Positions 57,825 through 64,000 of a stretch of DNA of 64,000 nucleotides are shown here, piece by piece. Both the position numbers and the translations under genes were made by a program. Within the stretch, counting starts at the first letter, position 1; each line of letters opens with the position of its first letter. Source of the DNA: a virus; IMG/VR virus record IMGVR_UViG_3300045988_110030, positions 90,200 through 154,199 of that record; one strand, 5' to 3'. The notes under the pieces are model-generated. The model saw only the letters and a program-made list of their open reading frames with translations, did no database searches and was not told the DNA's origin.

Positions 57825-58661
57825 TTAAAAATCAATTACCGTCCGAACCCTGTAATTGTAGCACTTGTTGTCGCTGAGCGTGCCGCCACTGGAGAAGTAC
57901 ACGTACCACGCGTAGTTCTGGCTGTTCTCAGTACTGGACCAATACCCAGCCAAGGAGAGAAGAGATGCCGAAACATAAGCGAATGCTTTGTTTAGTTCGT
58001 CCATATAATGGTTCATTAAATTTAATTGGCTAAGAGATGGTATATACTCGCCATCTTTCAGCATATTTTTCAACTTTGGATTTCTGGCTACAAGGCGTTC
58101 CGTATTGCCGCGTCCGTCAATGTCAAACAGCGCATCACATTCACGTTCGTAATATGTCCCACCTCCGGATTCTTCACGGCTATCATCGTCAAGCAATTGT
58201 ACGCTATCATGCTCCGTCAGTGAGATAGCAAATGACATGTATCCGTGCTTCAACCCGATGTATCGTACACAATCTTTGGAGTTATCGCCGGTAAACAGCT
58301 CAGCGTGTCCGTCTCTGTAGATTAAATACAAGCCATTTTCTCTTGATGGCACTCTATTTTCACATACGCATCTTTCATTTTTGGGTCTTACAATTATGTT
58401 CAACTCATTCAACACATAATCTTTTATGACTTCCTTACTTATTCTTTCTACAAAATCATAATCCCTTTGTTTAAGCTCATCATTTACCATACATCTGATC
58501 CAATTTTCTATCTGATTGTTTCCTCCGTATGTATTATGCATGCACCTTTTTACAAGCTTTTCCAATAATGGTTCTATGTCTTTGATTATGTCTTCTTTGG
58601 TAAGGTGAAGTTCATTTAGTATGCAGTTCCTTACCGCCTTATATTCTTTACTCGCACTCAT
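57825..58661 (-). CDS. Hypothetical protein (278 aa).
   Basis: ORF. Confidence 0.5.
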   Translation of the reverse strand: MSASKEYKAVRNCILNELHLTKEDIIKDIEPLLEKLVKRCMHNTYGGNNQIENWIRCMVNDELKQRDYDFVERISKEVIKDYVLNELNIIVRPKNERCVCENRVPSRENGLYLIYRDGHAELFTGDNSKDCVRYIGLKHGYMSFAISLTEHDSVQLLDDDSREESGGGTYYERECDALFDIDGRGNTERLVARNPKLKNMLKDGEYIPSLSQLNLMNHYMDELNKAFAYVSASLLSLAGYWSSTENSQNYAWYVYFSSGGTLSDNKCYNYRVRTVIDF

Positions 58662-58683
58662 AATATTCTGTTATTTTTTTTAA

Positions 58684-59355
58684 TTAATCCCATCCTCCAT
58701 CAGCATACAAAGAAACATCTTCATCTTCTACATTTACACCCTTAAGAGCCTGTAGAAGTTTTTTCTTTGTCTCCCGGCACATATTATAACCATATCCCTT
58801 ATACCGATATGAGCGCTCCCATGTACTTACCGGAAAAGGAATATTTTCGTCAATGACCAGCCTCTTCATATGAAGATGTTCAAAGAATTTCTCATGATAG
58901 AGTAGTTTGTACTCGTATGCCACTATACTTGCAGATGAGAATGGAAAATAATCATCTTCCTTTTCTTCGTATTTAGGCTCCTTATAGTAAGCCATTTTTG
59001 CCACAGTAAAGTCGAAGCTCCTGAGAATCTCTTCTGGCTTTCCGAACTCTGACTCTATGAACTCTACCCATACCTTTTCTCCCTCTTTCTGGAACGCACA
59101 TACCTTCTCATTTCTATATTTAAATTTCCATCCTTCTTTCTGATGTTTTTCATCATTGAACAAATCAATAGCTTCCTGAAAATCGCTTTCGCTTTCAAAG
59201 AAAATATCAATATCTTTTACTTTTTCTCCGGAAAGGATATTCTTAAAACATCCACCAGCTATGAACCCTTTGTGACCTTCCATATACTTGTCAAGCCATC
59301 TTATTTGCCAGAAATTGTCTGGAGTATCTATTATAAAATTGTTCATATCATTCAT
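58684..59355 (-). CDS. Pol-beta-superfamily nucleotidyltransferase-like protein (223 aa).
   Basis: …GFIAGGCFKNILSGEKVKDIDIFFE… matches the hG[GS]x(9-13)[DE]h[DE]h nucleotidyltransferase signature. Confidence 0.5.
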   Translation of the reverse strand: MNDMNNFIIDTPDNFWQIRWLDKYMEGHKGFIAGGCFKNILSGEKVKDIDIFFESESDFQEAIDLFNDEKHQKEGWKFKYRNEKVCAFQKEGEKVWVEFIESEFGKPEEILRSFDFTVAKMAYYKEPKYEEKEDDYFPFSSASIVAYEYKLLYHEKFFEHLHMKRLVIDENIPFPVSTWERSYRYKGYGYNMCRETKKKLLQALKGVNVEDEDVSLYADGGWD

Positions 59356-59364
59356 ATTTTACTT

Positions 59365-59619
59365 TTACCATGCGAGATAAAAATTCCGCTTTACGATAAT
59401 ACAGTGAGTGTAATTGCCCAGGTCAATGCCATTGTCCGTAAATGTATCCAGGACCCGTTTTTCAACATATTTCAGTTTTACTATTATTCCTTTCCGGAAC
59501 TCTTCTAACATCTTTTCATTACACTCAATAGGTCCAATAAGACAGTATCTATTCGAAGGACTGTCTGATATACAATATGTCTGACATCCTAACATGTTGC
59601 TTAAAATATTCTCATACAT
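59365..59619 (-). CDS. Hypothetical protein (84 aa).
   Basis: ORF. Confidence 0.3.
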   Translation of the reverse strand: MYENILSNMLGCQTYCISDSPSNRYCLIGPIECNEKMLEEFRKGIIVKLKYVEKRVLDTFTDNGIDLGNYTHCIIVKRNFYLAW

Positions 59620-59744
59620 ATTTTCTATATTTTACAATTCTTAGCTATGTTACTTAATTCAGCGGTCATTATCAAATCTGATAGTGACCGCCCCGCATGC
59701 ACATTTTTGAATAAATTTTACTTTTAATAATTTTCTCATTAGAG

Positions 59745-60020
59745 TTATCCTCTATTTACTTTTTTCTTTATTTCTTCCGCGATCTTTTCTAATGTTGTTG
59801 GAGATAAATAATCATCTACCCTCAACTCTCTTCCATAATCTAAGCAAACCAGACCCTTAGCATCTATTTCCTGCCTCTCTTCGTCGACCCATCTTAAAGT
59901 GCCATTTTCTCCACATTCCGGGCATTTATCTGCCCCACATGGAAGAAGCATTTGCGCCCCACATAAGACACATCTCACCCAGTCTCCATGCTGCACCCCT
60001 TCGTATGTTATTGTTTTCAT
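59745..60020 (-). CDS. Hypothetical zinc-ribbon protein (91 aa).
   Basis: CVLCGAQ…CGADKCPECG. Confidence 0.4.
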   Translation of the reverse strand: MKTITYEGVQHGDWVRCVLCGAQMLLPCGADKCPECGENGTLRWVDEERQEIDAKGLVCLDYGRELRVDDYLSPTTLEKIAEEIKKKVNRG

Positions 60021-60025
60021 ATTTG

Positions 60026-60820
60026 TTATCCATTTTTATTAGTTCCTAAAAGATGTTCGTTCCCTTCGTATGGGATACACTGACCAAATCCTACCCCTCC
60101 TAAGCATTCGTATTTATTATCTCCTACTGATTCTCTGGAAAATAGATGCAATTTCCATCTCTCTTGATTAGTTCTTCTTACCAATACTCGTTCAAATGGT
60201 TTGAAGTCATGTTTCGGCATCTCATCTAATAGATACTCATATTCACTTAAATATCGTTTTATTATATCTATTTTTCTACTGTCTTCGACTTTTATAATCT
60301 TTTCTGCTAAAAATTTCTTCTCTTCTTCTATAGCCTTTCTTACATACCGTTTTTTATCTTCGTCATACACATGAGTCCATAATTTGTAATCAAACCTAAT
60401 ATCTCCAGATGTTGCCATTCCGCATATACATCCCATTATCCCTTTGGTAATAATTCCATCATATATGAATTGATATCCATTAGTTCTTGTTAATACATCT
60501 CCTTTCTTGAAATACGCTCCAGCCTCTACCCTCAATTCCAGAGTGGTGCCGCCAATAGTACAACCTTCCGTGTTGGCATATATAGCACTTATCCCATATC
60601 CATCTTTTCTTACAAAAAGTAAATTATAAGGACCGGCGCAGTCTTTCGACTCATATACAAATTCTATCTCAATATTATCAATTAATACCGAACCTTCTAT
60701 TTCTCCGCTTTTAATTTTTCTCGCCGTATTTAAATCAAACGGAACAATAATTGGATTTTCCATATTTTTTTTATTTTTAATTATGTAATCAATAAAACAA
60801 GATGGACTACTTACACCCAT
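60026..60820 (-). CDS. Hypothetical protein (264 aa).
   Basis: ORF. Confidence 0.5.
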   Translation of the reverse strand: MGVSSPSCFIDYIIKNKKNMENPIIVPFDLNTARKIKSGEIEGSVLIDNIEIEFVYESKDCAGPYNLLFVRKDGYGISAIYANTEGCTIGGTTLELRVEAGAYFKKGDVLTRTNGYQFIYDGIITKGIMGCICGMATSGDIRFDYKLWTHVYDEDKKRYVRKAIEEEKKFLAEKIIKVEDSRKIDIIKRYLSEYEYLLDEMPKHDFKPFERVLVRRTNQERWKLHLFSRESVGDNKYECLGGVGFGQCIPYEGNEHLLGTNKNG

Positions 60821-60912
60821 CCCAGTTGTTTTGCTATTCTCTCCATTTCGTTATATGCTATCCTATGACATCCAGCGGTTAGCAAATCGTTTTCGTACCG
60901 ATTTAGACTCCA

Positions 60913-61872
60913 CTAGTGACCGGTGACGTCCTCCACCAGACCGTGCCGAAACTCGGCGCCCCGGTGCATTGCCGACACAGCCCGCCACAGTTTTCTGGCT
61001 TCTGCTATTCCAATCTTTATCTGTTTACTTGTCTCAATAATATTTCCTTTTATACGAATCCAGGCGTTAGGTTTTTCACCAGGAATATAGAAAGGTGTAT
61101 TCAAGAAATTGATTTCTCCTGACTTCCACTCTTCCAGTTTTTCATCAAAATCCTTGTAACGGGCTTCTTCTTCCTTTCTTAATCTCTCTAATTTTATTCT
61201 TTCTCTTTCTTCCTCACCCTTTCTCCATCTTTCAGATCTTTCTGAATACTTAATCCATGTACCTTCCCCGCAAACTTCATCAACAATCACATTTACGGTC
61301 CCTAACACTTTTAATCCTTGATGATCCAATAAAATTTGAAAGATGCGTTTTAATTCATGTACGTGCTTACGCTTGATACTATCTCCGCTCTTGGATAATT
61401 CATGATTGGTTCCAAGCCAATCATTAGCACTCTTTTTAAGGATACTCTTAGCAGTCCCCATGTTAAAGAACTGAATGTAATCCATCATATTCCCAAAAGC
61501 GCCCCAAATATCTGTATAAGATAATTCTGTTTTAGCTCTTTTGTATTTTTCAATAGACTTCTTAATTGATTCCAGTTTGCTGGCAACAAACCTCATATTA
61601 CCAGTATCCGATATATTATCCCCTACACTGAAAACCATTGCCCAAGTTGGTATCGCATTACGAACATAGCATTGATGTTTGCTCGTGGTAGCAGAATAAT
61701 AATCTTCATTTATCAGGTATGCTTTCTTCCCTTGTTTGTTTTTTACTATTCTCCCGACTTCAAAGTGATGCCCATAAGAATAAATACTTGTACCTTCAAA
61801 GAAGAAATTGCTCCCTGATGCTGATTCTTCTTGTTCATGAGCCCACAAGTGAGCGACCATTGAATTGTTCAT
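60913..61872 (-). CDS. Hypothetical protein (319 aa).
   Basis: ORF with an ER-rich coiled-coil segment. Confidence 0.5.
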   Translation of the reverse strand: MNNSMVAHLWAHEQEESASGSNFFFEGTSIYSYGHHFEVGRIVKNKQGKKAYLINEDYYSATTSKHQCYVRNAIPTWAMVFSVGDNISDTGNMRFVASKLESIKKSIEKYKRAKTELSYTDIWGAFGNMMDYIQFFNMGTAKSILKKSANDWLGTNHELSKSGDSIKRKHVHELKRIFQILLDHQGLKVLGTVNVIVDEVCGEGTWIKYSERSERWRKGEEERERIKLERLRKEEEARYKDFDEKLEEWKSGEINFLNTPFYIPGEKPNAWIRIKGNIIETSKQIKIGIAEARKLWRAVSAMHRGAEFRHGLVEDVTGH

Positions 61873-61884
61873 ATAAATATCTTT

Positions 61885-62199
61885 TTAATTGTTTAACTTA
61901 CCTTTATCATATGACATTCTCTTTTCGTATTTTTCAATACGTTCGGTTATCATATCGCAGAAGATTTGCCCTTCTTTTTCGGAACCTCTGAAGTAACCAA
62001 TCATCTTCAGGATATTCCCGTCAAATTCATGGATAAACTTGTTATAATAATGTTCACCCATAACTTTCCCGTATTTTCCCATAAACAAATCCTTGTCTAA
62101 CGACTCATCCTTGAAACAACGGTTGTAATCCCATCTTACGATACGAAACAATGTTTCAAAATTCAATCTTTCCATATCTAATATTTTATTTAAGTTCAA
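61885..62199 (-). CDS. Hypothetical protein (104 aa).
   Basis: ORF. Confidence 0.4.
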   Translation of the reverse strand: MNLNKILDMERLNFETLFRIVRWDYNRCFKDESLDKDLFMGKYGKVMGEHYYNKFIHEFDGNILKMIGYFRGSEKEGQIFCDMITERIEKYEKRMSYDKGKLNN

Positions 62200-63082
62200 A
62201 CTTGATTCCCTCCGGCAACTTGGAGCGGTCTACGTTCTTTACGAAGTCGTCAAACTCTTCCTGTGTGATTTTCTTTTCGTAACTACCCCAGTTGAAAGAC
62301 AAAGTGTTCGTGTGAGAATAATATATAACATTATCAGTAGACAGCCCATAATCAAACACACAGAGTATTATCTTCTTTTCCGCTTCTGCTTGTCTGATTT
62401 TCTTATCGTATCGCTCACAAATTTCAGCACGCTTTTTCAACATCTTTGCCTTATGAGCCTCTTCCCTACGTTTTTCGATACTTTCTGCGGAATAATACCC
62501 AGCTTTAATGCGCTCTTCAACAAGCAAACGTTCCTCGTCCGTTAATGTCAAAGTAAACCTTTCCTTTTCCGGCATATACGGATTTACCCATTTCTTGCCA
62601 CACAATTTTTCAAGTTCCGCAATAAGTTCTTCTGATTCTCTTTTCCATCTATCTACGATTCCAAGACTGAAAAGTAGATACTTGAAATACAGCTCATCCT
62701 CAGAAGCTATATATAATTCTGCGCATTCTTGTTCTGATATACGCAAATACTTCATTGCGATAGACATACCACTTTTTCTAATATGATATATGCCATTTCT
62801 AACCGGATACATAGGAGCACCATAATGATTACAACAATGCAATGGTATAAATTTCGCTAATTCCGGAAAATGTTTTGCAACTTCATCGTGACAGCAGCCT
62901 CCCATATACTCCTCGTATTGTCCACGTTGATTTTTCCATCTAACATCGGCTGTTACGCTCCAGTCACACATATTGTTATGACAATCATCATCTAAAGATA
63001 TTGTGACTGTTATTCTGTATTTTTCTTTGTTTTCTGTAAAGAATTTTGTACTTAAATAAGTTAGTTTGTTTGTAGTTTCCAT
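62186..63082 (-). CDS. Hypothetical Cys-rich protein (298 aa).
   Basis: Multiple Cys/His pairs (CHNNMC…GGCCHDE…HCCNHYG). Confidence 0.5.
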   Translation of the reverse strand: METTNKLTYLSTKFFTENKEKYRITVTISLDDDCHNNMCDWSVTADVRWKNQRGQYEEYMGGCCHDEVAKHFPELAKFIPLHCCNHYGAPMYPVRNGIYHIRKSGMSIAMKYLRISEQECAELYIASEDELYFKYLLFSLGIVDRWKRESEELIAELEKLCGKKWVNPYMPEKERFTLTLTDEERLLVEERIKAGYYSAESIEKRREEAHKAKMLKKRAEICERYDKKIRQAEAEKKIILCVFDYGLSTDNVIYYSHTNTLSFNWGSYEKKITQEEFDDFVKNVDRSKLPEGIKFELK

Positions 63083-63093
63083 ATTATTTCAAT

Positions 63094-63330
63094 TTAATCA
63101 TTACACTTATGAAAAATAAAATCTGCACACTCTCCGGGAAGTGTTCCCGCGTCATTACAACCGTAAAACCCCTGCGTTCCCCAGTCTACATCTACCGGAT
63201 AACCTTCTGCTGCTTCCAAGAAGCGTTGGATTTCCTCACATTCTTCATCCGTTAATCCAGTGTAATCATCATTGATTAACGGACAAGCCCAATAAGATGG
63301 CAACCTGTATCTTATTACTTTTATGCTCAT
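63094..63330 (-). CDS. Hypothetical small Cys-containing protein (78 aa).
   Basis: ORF. Confidence 0.35.
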   Translation of the reverse strand: MSIKVIRYRLPSYWACPLINDDYTGLTDEECEEIQRFLEAAEGYPVDVDWGTQGFYGCNDAGTLPGECADFIFHKCND

Positions 63331-63423
63331 AGTTTTATGATTATTTAACCAACAAAACCACCATACTTTAGTAGGTAGATGAATTGGTTTGATTAATTTT
63401 GAATCAAAATTACAGATAAAAAA

Positions 63424-64000
63424 ATGATTTCATACAAATACAACATATACCATTCCAGGAAAACGAAGTATCTGGAAAAGATGCTTCGTGAATGTTGTTT
63501 TGTATGGAATCATGCGTTAGCTCTACAACGTAGATACTATAAACTATTTGGAAAATATATCTCAGTTGGTAAGATGAAGAAGTATTTTGCCAAAAGAATT
63601 AAAAGAAATCTTCTTCATTCTCAAACAACACAAGAAATACTTGAACGTCTTGATGAATCTTATAATCGTTTCTTTAAGAAGTTAGCTAAACGACCTCCTA
63701 AGTTTAAATCACCGGAGAAATTCAACTCTTTTGTTTTCAAACAAGGTGGGTTTACCCTAAATGGGAATTGTCTAACAATTAACAAAGGAAACAAACGATT
63801 TAGATTCTCATACAGTAGAGGCTACGAAGGTAATGTTAAACAAATTAGAATAGTTAGAGAAACCTGTTCACGTTTTAGTTTGATTGTAGTTACAGATCAT
63901 AATCCTATAAGCTCTTATAGAAAGACACATGATGGTGCATCTATAGGATTGGATTTTGGGCTGAAAACTTATCTAACTAAAAGTGATGGTAGCAAAATCG
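63424..64000 (+). CDS. tnpB: Second TnpB (IS200/IS605 OrfB) gene, 5' portion, running off the window end. This is another IS-type insertion.
   Basis: Translated by hand from the ATG at 63424. It is absent from the ORF track because it has no stop in the window. The N-terminus is MISYKYNIYHSRKTKYLEKMLRECCFVWNHALALQRRYYKLFGKYIS…. The RuvC-I motif is …GASIGLDFGLKTYLTKSDGSKI. Confidence 0.75.
   Translation, partial: MISYKYNIYHSRKTKYLEKMLRECCFVWNHALALQRRYYKLFGKYISVGKMKKYFAKRIKRNLLHSQTTQEILERLDESYNRFFKKLAKRPPKFKSPEKFNSFVFKQGGFTLNGNCLTINKGNKRFRFSYSRGYEGNVKQIRIVRETCSRFSLIVVTDHNPISSYRKTHDGASIGLDFGLKTYLTKSDGSKI

Noticed and set aside
1-64000. CRISPR arrays, rRNA and tRNA genes.
   Set aside because: No spaced direct-repeat array was seen. 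No T-loop or D-loop tRNA signatures, such as GGTTCGAATCC-like motifs, were found in intergenic regions by eye. A tRNAscan-SE or Aragorn run would be needed to exclude tRNAs formally.

Overview
This window looks like part of a large dsDNA bacteriophage genome. It is AT-rich and gene-dense, with bacterial-type intrinsic terminators and three Bacteroidetes-like TAnnTTTG promoter motifs in front of major genes. Calling it crAss-like or another large podovirus-like phage of a Bacteroidetes host is inference only. The left 35 kb is almost entirely plus-strand. It holds a translationally coupled operon of giant virion/ejection-type proteins (943, 1021, 2214, 752 aa, plus a separate 2138-aa protein), preceded by a tail-lysozyme-domain protein that is probably 5'-truncated by the window edge. 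Between these sit a Bro-N/KilA-C antirepressor-like gene and a cluster of unusual low-complexity proteins (Gly/Trp/Cys-rich; RG/ER-rich). Two divergently oriented RNA-guided-nuclease insertion elements follow: a TnpB-only IS200/IS605-type element, and an IscB (PLMP–RuvC–HNH) with a putative upstream omega-RNA. A third TnpB gene starts at 63,424 and runs off the window. After a perfect 15-bp inverted-repeat bidirectional terminator at 35.5 kb, the remainder is a minus-strand block of small early/replication genes. These include a DnaB-like helicase, a zinc-ribbon/TOPRIM primase, an SF2 helicase, two RecB/Cas4-family PD-(D/E)XK nucleases, an MazG-like NTP-pyrophosphohydrolase-like protein and a KilA-N-like protein. 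An ACP–NfeD–flotillin (SPFH) operon and a cluster pairing a small ABC ATPase with a Pol-beta-type nucleotidyltransferase are unusual for a phage. A 650-bp structured non-coding region (1652–2305) contains three stem-loops with different stems but an invariant 11-nt loop. The tail-fibre-like gene at 34.8 kb contains a G10 homopolymer tract. No CRISPR array, rRNA or tRNA was recognised by eye.
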